DNA from: Patescibacteria group bacterium
GTDB lineage: Bacteria; Patescibacteriota; Minisyncoccia; UBA6257; 02-FULL-45-10c
DNA length: 64,000 nt
Assembly (NCBI GenBank): GCA_018969615.1
Contig: JAGWYA010000001.1
Location: forward strand, 54,567-118,566
Reading direction: 5' to 3'
Shown here piece by piece: positions 37,885 through 48,374 of the stretch. Position numbers and translations under genes: made by a program. The notes below the pieces were generated by a model. It worked only from the letters and a program-made list of their open reading frames with translations, made no database searches and had not been told where the DNA came from. Position 1 is the first letter of the stretch. Each line of letters begins with the position of its first letter.

Positions 37885-38078
37885 GCTTCCTCCGTCCTGT
37901 TTTTGAAAGTAGAAGACCTGATCCCAATATAGGGGAGGAGAACCTAAAAAACAAGGGTTCGAAAATTATCCGTAGCTCCCGGCAAACTCAAAAAGGATCA
38001 GGCCTTCAATGAAAGGGCGCGTGTTTAAGTAAGGCCCATCCATCGCGCTCAAGGATAGAAAATGATAGAATAAAAACC

Positions 38079-38507
38079 ATGAAAACCGCAAAAGAAAAGC
38101 TGCAAGCTGCCATACAATATGCAATGGCAAATCGTCCGAAGATCGGCGGGTTTCCATTCCTTGCGGAGTGCCTCCGGCGGGCGGGAGTAGAACGTAATTT
38201 TTGGTCGCTTCCCGGAGCGCAAAGTATCTATGTCATGAAAGACGACGCCGTTTTTAATCAAGGCACCCCCTTGGCGTCAGGAATGGGGGATGTGCCCGCT
38301 TTCGATGAAAAGGCCCTTATTACCGCGCTTCGCACCGATCAGGCGGGACAAAGCACATTTCCGGAATTCCTTATTGCTTCGTGGAAAGCCGGCGTTATCA
38401 GTTATGAAGTCGATCTTTCCGCCCGCACTGTCACATACCGCGGCGCTCAAGGGGGAAAATATATCGAATCGTACCCGGCAGTTGAGATCGGCGACATGGG
38501 GATCTAG
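38079..38507 (+). CDS. DUF1398-family protein
   Basis: GFPFLAECLRRAGV, DQAGQSTFPEFL, AGVISYEVDL..RTVTY. Confidence 0.75.
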   Translation: MKTAKEKLQAAIQYAMANRPKIGGFPFLAECLRRAGVERNFWSLPGAQSIYVMKDDAVFNQGTPLASGMGDVPAFDEKALITALRTDQAGQSTFPEFLIASWKAGVISYEVDLSARTVTYRGAQGGKYIESYPAVEIGDMGI

Positions 38508-38621
38508 CTGATCCATCCAAACATTGGATCCGATAAGAAGCCGTGTACGATCTGTGCGCTGTGCGCAAGGCCGAGGATGTCAGTAGTAAAAAAACCCGCG
38601 CAGTGCTTGCGCGGGATCGAT

Positions 38622-39071
38622 CTAGAGATCTTTAACGAACTCTCTGAATTCGGGATCCGGGACTCCGTTTTTATCGGCCTCAGGAGGAAGGGGTTCGGCT
38701 TTGAATTTCTTCTCCACCCATTCTCGGACCTGTTGATCCGCGATCCCTTTCATGGCTTCTTCGGCACATTCCGCCCTGAGCTCCAAATGGAGCCCGGGAT
38801 CGACCGCCTCGATGACCATCCTGAAAGTAACCTCCTGCCGATACGCGAGCCTCAGACGCTCGTGAAATTCTGTATAAGGGAATTCTCCGGCGTCGTGCTC
38901 TTCAAGGCGCACCATCGCAGGCTGGAGAAACATACCGAGACTAACTCCTTCGGCACTTTCCGGAGCCGTTCGATCGTGTTCAAGAATGAATCGCTGACCA
39001 TGATCCTCGATCACTGCTCGTCCAGTCTCACGGCAGAACACTGCCTTGGCCATCAGGAACCTCTTTATCAT
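38622..39071 (-). CDS. Hypothetical protein
   Basis: 149-aa ORF with upstream TATAGT and downstream hairpin. Confidence 0.6.
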   Translation of the reverse strand: MIKRFLMAKAVFCRETGRAVIEDHGQRFILEHDRTAPESAEGVSLGMFLQPAMVRLEEHDAGEFPYTEFHERLRLAYRQEVTFRMVIEAVDPGLHLELRAECAEEAMKGIADQQVREWVEKKFKAEPLPPEADKNGVPDPEFREFVKDL

Positions 39072-39123
39072 TATTTTGAACTAACTCCACTATAAAGCTC
39101 CGATGCCACTTTTTCAATAAAAA

Positions 39124-39894
39124 CTACAGCAGATCTTTATATCCGTTCATAAAATCCCTGTACGCCATCGGTTTTTTGCCTTCCGGCTGGACTTTGAGAA
39201 GAACCAGTGCGCCATCTTTCAATTCGGCTTCAAGCAGTTTCATCCGGATCTGTTTTCCGTTCTTCAGTGAGAGGATCGTGAACGCACCCGGCTCAGGGTT
39301 CATCGCGCGGACCTTCCGCGCCACCACTTTCGGATCGTCAGCCTTCAGATCAACCTGCGCGTCGGCGGTCACGAATTTCTTCGTGAACGTCGCCGCTTTT
39401 TCATTCTGAGATTCCGCATGCAAAGTTCCATCAAGCCACTTCGGCAACGCCGCGACCAAAAGTCCGGAGCCGAGATGAGCAAGCCGGTCGATCATCGTTT
39501 CATAGGTGTCCGTTTCCGCGATCGGCGCCACAGCGCTTGCAAGGACCGGCCCGTGATCAACGCCTTCATCGATCTGAAAGATCGCCACGCCCGTTTCGTG
39601 CTCGCCGGCAAGGATCGCCGACTGAATAGGGGAGGCGCCGCGGTATTTCGGCAGCAGGGACGGATGCACGCCCAGCGTTCCTTTCGGCGGGATCTCCAGC
39701 AGATCTTTTTTCAGGATCTTGCCGAACGCCGCCACCACGAACACATCCGCCTTCAGCGACTTCAAATATTCCAGGTCCAGCGGCGCGCGCGCATCGCGGA
39801 TCTCCGCGGCCGGCGTCATGCCCGCTTTCTTCAGATCATCGAGAACCAGTTGTGCGAAGCGGGATTCCTGCCCGCCGAAGAAGACATAGCGCAT
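39124..39894 (-). CDS. fmt: Methionyl-tRNA formyltransferase (compact)
   Basis: VVAAFGKIL, HPSLLPKYRGASPIQ, DEGVDHGP; adjacent to def. Confidence 0.93.
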   Translation of the reverse strand: MRYVFFGGQESRFAQLVLDDLKKAGMTPAAEIRDARAPLDLEYLKSLKADVFVVAAFGKILKKDLLEIPPKGTLGVHPSLLPKYRGASPIQSAILAGEHETGVAIFQIDEGVDHGPVLASAVAPIAETDTYETMIDRLAHLGSGLLVAALPKWLDGTLHAESQNEKAATFTKKFVTADAQVDLKADDPKVVARKVRAMNPEPGAFTILSLKNGKQIRMKLLEAELKDGALVLLKVQPEGKKPMAYRDFMNGYKDLL

Positions 39895-39941
39895 AGATAG
39901 TAAGTAGTACGTTGGCAGTAGGCAGTAAAAAGACGGTGGGA

Positions 39942-40433
39942 TTAAGAATGTTCGACTTCATATTTATGCAGCCCCGTCGCTTTATCGATAAAAACCGTGC
40001 CGTTCAAGTGATCGGTCTCATGCTGGAACACGCGGGCGAGCAGGCCCCACGCTTTGATCTTGATCTTCTTGCCGTTCTTGTCATACCCCTCCAGCGTCAC
40101 TTTCTCCGGACGGGTCACGTCGCCGAACACCTCGGGCACGCTCAGGCATCCCTCTTCGATCGTGTCCGTTTCGCGGGAGAACTTCGTGATCTTCGAATTA
40201 AAGATCGCGTAGAACTTGTCATTGACCAGCGCGACGAACACATGCATATCAAGTCCGATCTGGTTCGCGCTCAGGCCGACACCGTTCGCATCCTTCATCG
40301 CTTTGCGCATGCGCGTGAGAAGCGCGCGGATCTCTTTCGGGGAATGTTTTGAAAAATCAAAAGGCGCCATCCGTTTGCGGAGGAGCTTCAGTTCCTGCTT
40401 GTTGTCGATCACCCAAATGCCGTGTTCGGTCAT
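39942..40433 (-). CDS. def: Peptide deformylase
   Basis: GVGLSANQIG, EGCLS, QHETDHLNG. Confidence 0.96.
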   Translation of the reverse strand: MTEHGIWVIDNKQELKLLRKRMAPFDFSKHSPKEIRALLTRMRKAMKDANGVGLSANQIGLDMHVFVALVNDKFYAIFNSKITKFSRETDTIEEGCLSVPEVFGDVTRPEKVTLEGYDKNGKKIKIKAWGLLARVFQHETDHLNGTVFIDKATGLHKYEVEHS

Positions 40434-40440
40434 AGTCGTT

Positions 40441-40785
40441 TTATTTTTTCGTCGGCGGGCGGGACCGATAATTGGATCCCGGTCTCGGCTTCGTTTCTTT
40501 ATTCGGATCGCCCTGATTGCGGCGAAGCTCGGAGAGCATTTTCATAAAATACGCCCCGCGGTTATCGACATTCTTCCGCTCCGCGAGATCTTTCGCCATA
40601 CGGATCAGCTGCGTATTATCGTACAGCTTCGCAATGCGCATATACAATGATTTATGTTCCTGATCATGCAGCAGTTCCGCGAGAAGCAGTCCCGTCGATT
40701 GGAACGGCACATAGACTCGCGATTTCTTCACGCGTTCTTTGAGCGTCTTCACATACTCATTGTTGATGCCGGAGAGCGGGTCCAT
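40441..40785 (-). CDS. Hypothetical protein
   Basis: In operon with def/fmt; LAELLHD..HKSLYMRIAK. Confidence 0.7.
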   Translation of the reverse strand: MDPLSGINNEYVKTLKERVKKSRVYVPFQSTGLLLAELLHDQEHKSLYMRIAKLYDNTQLIRMAKDLAERKNVDNRGAYFMKMLSELRRNQGDPNKETKPRPGSNYRSRPPTKK

Positions 40786-40814
40786 AACGTCTATTGTATG
40801 CTATAGTATTCGGT

Positions 40815-41375
40815 ATGAAAAGACGCTTGTTCATCGCCCTTGATCTTCCGGAGGATCTGAAACGATCGCTTGCGCGGGAAGTAGAGGCGATCCGCTATCA
40901 CTTCACAGACGACGTCCGCTTTATGGCGCCGGAACAGTGGCATATCACGCTCGCATTCCTCGGCGACCAAACCGACGAAACGCTCCCGCTCATCACCGCG
41001 GCCATGGAGAAAATAGGGAAACGCTTTACGATCCCGGAGATCGAACTGACGAACATCGGATACGGACCAACGGCAGCCGCGCTCCGGATGGTCTGGCTCA
41101 ACGGATCCGATGCTTCATCCCGCGCGCTTCAGCCGCTCTCCGAAGCGCTTACTGATGCTCTCGTGGAAGAAGGCGTGACTTTCCGCCGCGAATTCCGCCA
41201 ATTCAGGATCCACATTACGCTGGCGCGCTTCATGACCCATGACAACCTTCCCGAGCTCAACCGTCCGTTCACCCATGCCTTTGAGGTCCCGGCAATGGAC
41301 CTGATGGAGTCGACGCTGACCCGTTCCGGCGCGGAATATGCGCTTTTACAGAAAATAAAATTTCAGGTAGACTAA
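40815..41375 (+). CDS. thpR: RNA 2',3'-cyclic phosphodiesterase (2H family)
   Basis: RLFIAL, two HITL motifs, LMES. Confidence 0.9.
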   Translation: MKRRLFIALDLPEDLKRSLAREVEAIRYHFTDDVRFMAPEQWHITLAFLGDQTDETLPLITAAMEKIGKRFTIPEIELTNIGYGPTAAALRMVWLNGSDASSRALQPLSEALTDALVEEGVTFRREFRQFRIHITLARFMTHDNLPELNRPFTHAFEVPAMDLMESTLTRSGAEYALLQKIKFQVD

Positions 41376-41390
41376 CAAGAACAAGGTTCT

Positions 41391-42656
41391 ATGCTTGAAG
41401 AATTCAAAAAGAAATACGGTCATCACATTCCGCTCTACACGGCGGTCTTTATCGCGGTTGCGGCGTTCGGCATGCTGACCTTCTATACCGGCTATGAGAC
41501 CGGAACGCTCCACCCGAGAACGATCACGATCGACCACGTCACGAACACTTCCGCCGACGGCATCACGAACGTGAATTTCGGCACCTTCTGGGAAGCATGG
41601 GATATGATGAAGAATCAGTATCTCAAGGGTGCATCGACAACGGACCAGCAGCTGGTCTACGGCGCGATCAACGGCCTCGTGAACTCGGTCGGGGACCCGC
41701 ACACGGAATTCTTCCCGCCGGCTGATGCGACAAAGTTCGAACAGGACGTCGCCGGGAACTTCGGCGGTATCGGCGCCGAGATCGGCACGAAGAACAATAA
41801 TATTGTCGTCATCGCTCCGCTGAAAGATAATCCTGCGGCTGCGGCGGGGCTCAAGGCGGGGGATATCATCGCCGGGATCGACGGAAAGACCATTGACGGA
41901 ACCGACGTCAACGCAGCCGTTGAAAAGATCCGCGGCGCCATCGGCACGCCGGTCACCCTGACGATCTTCCGCGACGGATGGACCAGTACAAAAGATATCA
42001 AGATCGTTCGTGCGAACATCCAGGTTCCGACGCTTGATTCAAAGATCATCCATGCCGGCGGCAAAAAGATCGCCTATGTTGCGCTTTATGAATTCAACCA
42101 GAATGCTCCGATCGATTTCTACCAAGGAGCGCTCACGGCATTGCTTAACCGCTCCGACGGCATGATCCTCGACCTGCGCGATAATCCGGGCGGCTTCATG
42201 GAGGTTGCGGTCAACCTGGCCGGCTGGTTCGTTGATAAAGGAACAACCGTGGTCAGTGAACGCTTCCGGAACGGCAGCGAACAGGCATCTTATGCCGATG
42301 GCAATGAGGCGCTCAAGAATATGCCGCTCGTTATTCTGGTGAACAAAGGCTCCGCTTCCGCGTCCGAGATCCTTGCCGGAGCGCTCCGCGATATCAAAGG
42401 CGCGAAGCTCGTCGGAACGAATACCTATGGCAAAGGGACCGTGCAGGAGATGCGCAGCCTGAGCGACGGATCGTCCATTAAGCTGACGATCGCGAACTGG
42501 GTCCTTCCGAACGGCACGATCATCAGTGAGGACGGTTTGACCCCGGATGTTGAAGCCGATCTCACCGATGCGGATATTGCAGCAGGAAATGATACTCAGC
42601 TCACGAAAGCGGAAGATGTCCTTTTGCAAGAGATCGCTTCCTCGACGCCGCAGTAA
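41391..42656 (+). CDS. Carboxyl-terminal processing protease (S41) with PDZ domain
   Basis: FGGIGAEI, LDLRDNPGG, SASASEI, TYGKGTVQ. Confidence 0.94.
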   Translation: MLEEFKKKYGHHIPLYTAVFIAVAAFGMLTFYTGYETGTLHPRTITIDHVTNTSADGITNVNFGTFWEAWDMMKNQYLKGASTTDQQLVYGAINGLVNSVGDPHTEFFPPADATKFEQDVAGNFGGIGAEIGTKNNNIVVIAPLKDNPAAAAGLKAGDIIAGIDGKTIDGTDVNAAVEKIRGAIGTPVTLTIFRDGWTSTKDIKIVRANIQVPTLDSKIIHAGGKKIAYVALYEFNQNAPIDFYQGALTALLNRSDGMILDLRDNPGGFMEVAVNLAGWFVDKGTTVVSERFRNGSEQASYADGNEALKNMPLVILVNKGSASASEILAGALRDIKGAKLVGTNTYGKGTVQEMRSLSDGSSIKLTIANWVLPNGTIISEDGLTPDVEADLTDADIAAGNDTQLTKAEDVLLQEIASSTPQ

Positions 42657-42685
42657 TAGAAAATATCAGGACAAAAAAATCCCCG

Positions 42686-43408
42686 TTAAGCGGGGATTTT
42701 GATTTTCTGAATGAGCATGTCGAGAACCTTTGTAGCAACCGACTTGATCATCTTACGTTGGTTGAGCTTCGTTGTGTCCAAGAGGCGCAACTGAGGATAT
42801 CGAGGTGACAGATCTTTATAAGCGGATCGATAGCGATCGGCAAGAACTTTGATCGTCGCCGGATTCGTCGTTTCGCCCATCTTATTACTGAGCGCATTAA
42901 GCCTATTGCGCTTCATGGCTTCTTTAGGATCAGCCACCATAAAATAAGCAACATCGATCTTATCCATCCAAAGCGGCGAGAGAAAGAAGGATTGATACAG
43001 CTTAGCCCACTCGGGCGTAAGCAGTTCTTTTCCTTCCCAATACATCATCCAGCAGTAGGCGTCGAACACGCAGCGGTCAAAGATCACGATGTCGTAGCTA
43101 TGGCCGAAGCTCTGATCGATCAGCGCCGTCAGCGCATAAAGGCCGGTACGCAGGTTATAAACCGGGGTAGTCCGGGGAATATGCCGAATGACTTCGGCGC
43201 CTTCCTGCGGCGTCCAGACACGCAAACCCATCTTCCGAAAAAAATTATCAAGCTCTTTAATGGTCGTGGTTTTTCCGGCATCCGGCGATCCGGTGAACTC
43301 AAGAAAAAATGGCCGAGGGAGAAAAGATTGATCGTAACGCTTTCGCGTTTTCAGATACTTATGAATCCGATCGGCTTTCCGCTCGAAGGCATTCTTGTTT
43401 TTGCTCAT
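42686..43408 (-). CDS. Thymidylate-kinase-like P-loop kinase
   Basis: EFTGSPDAGKTT, IFDRCVFD. Confidence 0.7.
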   Translation of the reverse strand: MSKNKNAFERKADRIHKYLKTRKRYDQSFLPRPFFLEFTGSPDAGKTTTIKELDNFFRKMGLRVWTPQEGAEVIRHIPRTTPVYNLRTGLYALTALIDQSFGHSYDIVIFDRCVFDAYCWMMYWEGKELLTPEWAKLYQSFFLSPLWMDKIDVAYFMVADPKEAMKRNRLNALSNKMGETTNPATIKVLADRYRSAYKDLSPRYPQLRLLDTTKLNQRKMIKSVATKVLDMLIQKIKIPA

Positions 43409-43458
43409 ACCGCTCCTTTTGGATTTGGAATGATCTAATGTAATATTACTAATACGCT

Positions 43459-44037
43459 ATGGAAAAGTCTATGAAACCTGTGTATATCGGTCTCGACATG
43501 GACGGCGTGATCATTGATCACACGCTCCCGAAGATCCGTCTTGCCGAGCGGTACGGCATCACGATCACGCCGGAGCAGACACCCTCGGAGATCATGAAAA
43601 CGCTCCTTCCGGCGGAAGCTTGGAAAGAGCTCCAGCATACGCTTTACAGCGATCCTGCGGTCGCATTCGCATCTCCGGTCATGCGCGGCGCGCGGCCGGC
43701 GCTGCGCGAACTTTCCGAGAAACGCATCCCGTTCGCGCTTATCTCGCGGCGCAAGGATCCTGAGATCGCGAAAACGCTTTTAAAAAGAAGCGGCCTTTGG
43801 GGCGCCTTCTTCCATGAAGAAAATACCTTCTTCGTCAGCGCACCGGAAGACAAGAACGTCCGCGCGCGCGAGCTCGGCGTCACGCATTATCTCGACGACG
43901 AACTAAAAGTGCTCGATGCCTTGGCGCAGGTACCGAACCGATACCTTTTTGATAAGTACGGCGCGTTCGGAGAACGAAACACCTATCCTGCGATCCATTC
44001 CTGGCAAGAATTCCTGATGACGATCGATCTGCTCTAA
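43459..44037 (+). CDS. HAD-superfamily hydrolase (5'-nucleotidase-like)
   Basis: GLDMDGVI, ISRR, K, YLDD. Confidence 0.75.
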   Translation: MEKSMKPVYIGLDMDGVIIDHTLPKIRLAERYGITITPEQTPSEIMKTLLPAEAWKELQHTLYSDPAVAFASPVMRGARPALRELSEKRIPFALISRRKDPEIAKTLLKRSGLWGAFFHEENTFFVSAPEDKNVRARELGVTHYLDDELKVLDALAQVPNRYLFDKYGAFGERNTYPAIHSWQEFLMTIDLL

Positions 44038-44083
44038 AAAAGGGATATGGTATACTAAGGATATAAACGAAAATAATAACTTT

Positions 44084-44527
44084 ATGAATGAAAATAACAA
44101 GAAAATGGTTCTGGCAGGCGCAGGAGTGGTCGTCGTACTGATACTGGTCGTCTGGGGCATTATGGCGCTTCGCGGCGGCCAGCAGACCAATCAGCCGTCG
44201 AATCCGACCGCAGCAGCCGTACCGGCGCCGTACACCGGACCGGTCCAAGCGCCATTATCAGGCACTGACCTCGCAAAAGCATCGCCGGACGTTTCGATCA
44301 ATGACGGATCGTTCTCACCGGGAAGCGTAACGATCAAGCAGGGTGACCGCGTGATCTGGGTGAATAAAGGGACTAATGTGCATGCCGTTACCAGCGATGG
44401 AGGATTGTTCCAGAGCCTCATCCTGAACCCGGGCCAGCGCTATCAGTTCACCTTTACGGTCAAAGGAACCTTCACGTATCACGACTCGACCAACACGGGC
44501 ATGACCGGAACGGTTATCGTTCAATAG
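44084..44527 (+). CDS. Membrane-anchored cupredoxin-fold protein
   Basis: FSPGSVTIKQGDRVIWVN..HAVTSD..FTYHDSTNTGMTGTVIV. Confidence 0.82.
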   Translation: MNENNKKMVLAGAGVVVVLILVVWGIMALRGGQQTNQPSNPTAAAVPAPYTGPVQAPLSGTDLAKASPDVSINDGSFSPGSVTIKQGDRVIWVNKGTNVHAVTSDGGLFQSLILNPGQRYQFTFTVKGTFTYHDSTNTGMTGTVIVQ

Positions 44528-44530
44528 CCT

Positions 44531-44770
44531 ATGCGTATCCACGTGCGTGTTCGCCTGAACGCGCGTGAAGAGAAAGTGGAAAAGGAGATCATACAGCGCC
44601 TCGCCGGAGAAGAGACGCTGTATCGTGTTTCCGTGAGAGCGCTGCCCATAGATGGAAAAGCGAATATCGCGGTCATCAAGGCGCTTGCCGCGCATTTCAA
44701 GACCGCTCCTTCCCGCGTCCAGATCGTGGCGGGACACGCTTCCCGTGAAAAGATCGTTGAACTGAACTAG
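44531..44770 (+). CDS. DUF167/YggU family protein
   Basis: PIDGKANIAVIKALAAHF..IVAGHASREK. Confidence 0.85.
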   Translation: MRIHVRVRLNAREEKVEKEIIQRLAGEETLYRVSVRALPIDGKANIAVIKALAAHFKTAPSRVQIVAGHASREKIVELN

Positions 44771-44789
44771 TTCGTCCTCAAAGGACTTA

Positions 44790-44818
44790 TTGACCACAAT
44801 ACCCCCCTGGGGTATCAT
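44790..44818 (+). promoter_or_regulatory. csoR-copA promoter with CsoR operator
   Basis: TTGACC-17-TATCAT; ATACCCC-CCT-GGGGTAT palindrome at 44799-44815 matches the C-tract/G-tract CsoR operator type. Confidence 0.85.
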
Positions 44819-44824
44819 ACTTTT

Positions 44825-45094
44825 ATGAAGAAAACCACGAAAGCGAAGGTCTTGCGGCGCCTGAAGATCCTTGAGGGTCAGGTCCGGGGCATTCACAAGA
44901 TGATCGAAAAAGATATTTACTGCGTCGATATCCTGCATCAAACGCTTGCGCTTAAAGAAGGATTGTCCGGCGTCGAAAATAGCATCCTGGAGAACCACTT
45001 GGATACGCACGTGGTCCAGCAGATAAAAAAGGGGAAGTCGGCAAAAGCAACGCGCGAGATCCTGTCGATCTATAAACTTTCCCGAAAAATATGA
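44825..45094 (+). CDS. csoR: Copper-sensing repressor CsoR family
   Basis: [31 protein letters not shown]; upstream of copA. Confidence 0.88.
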   Translation: MKKTTKAKVLRRLKILEGQVRGIHKMIEKDIYCVDILHQTLALKEGLSGVENSILENHLDTHVVQQIKKGKSAKATREILSIYKLSRKI

Positions 45095-47379
45095 GCTCCA
45101 AAAAGACCTTTATCGTCCGAGGAATGGACTGCGCTTCATGCGCATTATCCATCGAAAAAGCGCTGAAAGCGATGCCGGGAATTTCTTCGGCAAACGTGAA
45201 CTTTGCGACCGAAAAAGCCGTCGTCGAAAGCGACCGCGCGATCGATCCTCATATGATCACCGCGCATATTCAGGAGCAGACCGGCTATGAGCTAGTGGAA
45301 GAAAAACAAATGAACGCTCATGCCGCCGGTATGCAGCACGGCCAGATGAGCCAGATGAAACAAACCAACACCGGCCACGACCATGCGCGCATGCTGAAGC
45401 AGGAAGATATCGCGCTTCTTTGGAAGAAGTTCGCGGCCGGGGCTGTCCTGTCCGCAGCGATCATGCTGCTGGGATCTCTTCCGGCCATTCCGGGAGCAGC
45501 GGCTCTCATATCGCGAAACTCACGCCTCTTTCTAATGGCGCTCTTTGCGACGCCGGTTGAGTTCTGGGTGGGCAGCCAATTTTGGCGGAGCACTTGGGCT
45601 TCGCTCAAGCACGCAACAGTCAACATGGATACACTGGTCGTGCTCGGAACCGGTGCGGCATATTTCTCGGGACTGATCATTACCGCATTGGAATTGAACG
45701 GGGTCCATGTGGGACTGGATGTCTATTTCGACACCGCGGCGGTTGTGACCACGCTGGTCATTTTAGGAAAATATCTGGAAGCCCGCGCCAAAGGAAAAGC
45801 GTCTGAAGCAATTAAAAAATTGCTCACGCTCCAAGCAAAAACCGCGCATGTGCTTCATGAGGGAAAGCATGAAATGGACATGCCTGTCGAAACGATCGCG
45901 ACCGGGGATCTTCTCCTGGTCAAACCGGGTGAAAAAGTTCCCGTGGACGGAACGATCATCTCAGGATGGGCGACGATCGATGAATCGATGGTAACCGGCG
46001 AATCGGTGCCGGTTGATAAGAAAGAAGGGGATGCGGTCATCGGTGCGACGGTTAATACCACAACCACCTTTACGATGCGGGCGACCAAGATCGGCAGGGA
46101 TTCGTTCTTAGCCCAGATCGTTGCGCTTGTGGAATCTGCACAGGCGAGCCGTGCACCGATCCAAAAGATCGCGGATACCGCTGTTTCGTATTTTGTCCCG
46201 ATCGTCCTTGCAATCGCCGCGCTGACGTTCGGCGCCTGGATGGCATTCGGACCTGCTCCGATACTCACGAGAGCGCTTCTGAACGGGATCGCGGTCCTGG
46301 TCGTTGCGTGCCCCTGTGCCATGGGACTGGCAACACCGACGTCCATTATGGTAGGAACCGGAAAAGCAGCTGAACGAGGCGTCATCATCCGCAACGCTGA
46401 AGCGCTCGAGCTCGCCGGAACGGTCACCACGATCGTACTGGATAAGACCGGAACCGTCACCGAAGGGAAGCCCCGTGTCACCGATACGATCGATCGTGCC
46501 GGCCTGGGAGAAGCCGAGGTTCTTCGGCACGCGGCAAGTCTTGGCGCGCTTTCGACGCATCCGCTTGACCGTGCGGTCGCCGAGGCGGCAGGCGACACTA
46601 AGCGCGACGCGGTAAAGAACTTCAGAACGATCCCCGGACAGGGAGTCGAAGGCCTGGTCGCTCTTGCAGAGGGAAACCGCATGCTGTTCCTCGGAAATAG
46701 CCGGTTGCTTGATGCTCATCATATCGATCTCCGTACCGCACAAAACGATATCGAACGCCTTGAGCGGGACGGGAAGACGCTTCTGCTTCTCGCCGATGAG
46801 AAAAAACTTCTTGGCATCATCGCGGTCGCAGATGCGATCAAGCCGACCGCGAAAGAAGCCGTCGAACAACTTCGAAAGCTCGGACTTGATATCTGGATGA
46901 TCACCGGCGACAATGAACGGGCTGCGGATGCGATCGCACGCTCGGTCGGCATCACTCAGATCATGGCCCGCGTCTCTCCTCAGGAAAAAGCGATGAAGAT
47001 CAGCGCGCTCCAGACAAAGGGGGCGCGAGTCGCCATGGTCGGCGATGGGATCAACGACGCCCCCGCACTGACCCGTGCGGATGTCGGCATCGCGATCGGC
47101 GGCGGAACCGATATTGCGATAGAATCAGCCGGGATCACGCTGGTTTCGGGCGATCCGCTTAGTATTGTGCAAGCCATTATGCTCAGCCGAAAAACGCTGA
47201 CTAATATCAAAGAGAACTTGTTCTGGGCATTCATTTATAATATGATCCTGATCCCGGTGGCCGCAGGAGCTCTTTGGCCGTGGTGGGGGATCACGCTTGA
47301 CCCGATGCTCGCAGGAGGCGCGATGGCGCTGAGTTCGCTCTCGGTCGTCCTCAACGCATTACGATTACGCAAAGCATAA
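45091..47379 (+). CDS. copA: Cu(I)-translocating P1B-type ATPase
   Basis: GMDCASC, TGES, CPC, DKTGT, HP, GDGIND, YN, MALSS. Confidence 0.95.
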   Translation: MSSKKTFIVRGMDCASCALSIEKALKAMPGISSANVNFATEKAVVESDRAIDPHMITAHIQEQTGYELVEEKQMNAHAAGMQHGQMSQMKQTNTGHDHARMLKQEDIALLWKKFAAGAVLSAAIMLLGSLPAIPGAAALISRNSRLFLMALFATPVEFWVGSQFWRSTWASLKHATVNMDTLVVLGTGAAYFSGLIITALELNGVHVGLDVYFDTAAVVTTLVILGKYLEARAKGKASEAIKKLLTLQAKTAHVLHEGKHEMDMPVETIATGDLLLVKPGEKVPVDGTIISGWATIDESMVTGESVPVDKKEGDAVIGATVNTTTTFTMRATKIGRDSFLAQIVALVESAQASRAPIQKIADTAVSYFVPIVLAIAALTFGAWMAFGPAPILTRALLNGIAVLVVACPCAMGLATPTSIMVGTGKAAERGVIIRNAEALELAGTVTTIVLDKTGTVTEGKPRVTDTIDRAGLGEAEVLRHAASLGALSTHPLDRAVAEAAGDTKRDAVKNFRTIPGQGVEGLVALAEGNRMLFLGNSRLLDAHHIDLRTAQNDIERLERDGKTLLLLADEKKLLGIIAVADAIKPTAKEAVEQLRKLGLDIWMITGDNERAADAIARSVGITQIMARVSPQEKAMKISALQTKGARVAMVGDGINDAPALTRADVGIAIGGGTDIAIESAGITLVSGDPLSIVQAIMLSRKTLTNIKENLFWAFIYNMILIPVAAGALWPWWGITLDPMLAGGAMALSSLSVVLNALRLRKA

Positions 47380-47400
47380 AATCACGGTATACTCACTCAT

Positions 47401-47850
47401 ATGGAACACCATCACGCAAAAAAACTGAATTGGGCCTTTCTGGCGGTAAGCTTTACCGGCCTGATGGATGCCCTCTATCTTTCGATCGAACGGCTGCGCG
47501 GGCAGGCGGTCTTATGTAATATCATCCAGGGATGCGACAAAGTGACCTCGAGCGCTTATTCCACGCTTCTGCACATTCCGGTTGCCTATCTCGGCGTCCT
47601 TTATTATTTTCTGATCTTCCTCTTCGCCTTGTGGTTCCTGGCCACGAATAACCACACCTCGCTCACCCTTGCGGCAAGTATGACCGTTGTCGGCCTCCTT
47701 GCGTCCGCCTGGTTCGTCTATCTGCAGTTCTTCGTGATCAAAGCGATCTGCGTCTATTGTCTCTTGTCCGCAACAACCTCGACGCTCCTGTTCGTTTTTG
47801 GCATATACTACCTGATCCGCAAACTGAGAAAGGTCGGCTTACCAAAATAA
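47401..47850 (+). CDS. Vitamin K epoxide reductase (VKOR) family protein
   Basis: C....GCDKVTSSAYS and ICVYC motifs, 4 TM. Confidence 0.9.
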   Translation: MEHHHAKKLNWAFLAVSFTGLMDALYLSIERLRGQAVLCNIIQGCDKVTSSAYSTLLHIPVAYLGVLYYFLIFLFALWFLATNNHTSLTLAASMTVVGLLASAWFVYLQFFVIKAICVYCLLSATTSTLLFVFGIYYLIRKLRKVGLPK

Positions 47851-47863
47851 TAATCATTGCTTT

Positions 47864-48346
47864 ATGGACCATAAACATCTTATAGGAAAAATTACCTTGT
47901 TCGCGCTTCGCGTTTCGCTCGGTGCGATGTTCTTATACGCGGGTATGACCAAGCTGCTGGACCCGACCTGGTCAGCGGCGGGGTACCTCCTCGGCGCAAA
48001 ATCGTTCACCGGATTTTACCAGTGGCTCGCCCAGCCGGGCATCCTGCCGGTGGTTAATTTTCTAAACGCATGGGGACTGACCCTTCTGGGACTTGCGCTT
48101 ATCTTAGGCATTGGCGTCCGCCTTGCGTCCGATCTCGGTGCGATCCTGATGCTGCTCTATTACGGAGCGCTTTCATTCCCGTTCCCGAGCGCGACCGCGT
48201 TCATCATTGATGACCATATCATCTATGCGATCGTTCTGCTGTATCTTGCGGCCGTCGGCGCAGGGCAGGTTTGGGGATTGGAAGAATGGTGCATGCACAC
48301 GTCGTTCTGCAAGCGCCATCGCATTATTCACTACCTGCTGGCCTGA
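47864..48346 (+). CDS. DoxX family membrane protein
   Basis: LRVSLGAMFLYAGMTK, IDDHIIY, GAGQVWGLE. Confidence 0.85.
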   Translation: MDHKHLIGKITLFALRVSLGAMFLYAGMTKLLDPTWSAAGYLLGAKSFTGFYQWLAQPGILPVVNFLNAWGLTLLGLALILGIGVRLASDLGAILMLLYYGALSFPFPSATAFIIDDHIIYAIVLLYLAAVGAGQVWGLEEWCMHTSFCKRHRIIHYLLA

Positions 48347-48374
48347 TCATTATTCATTAATTACTTTAAGAAGT

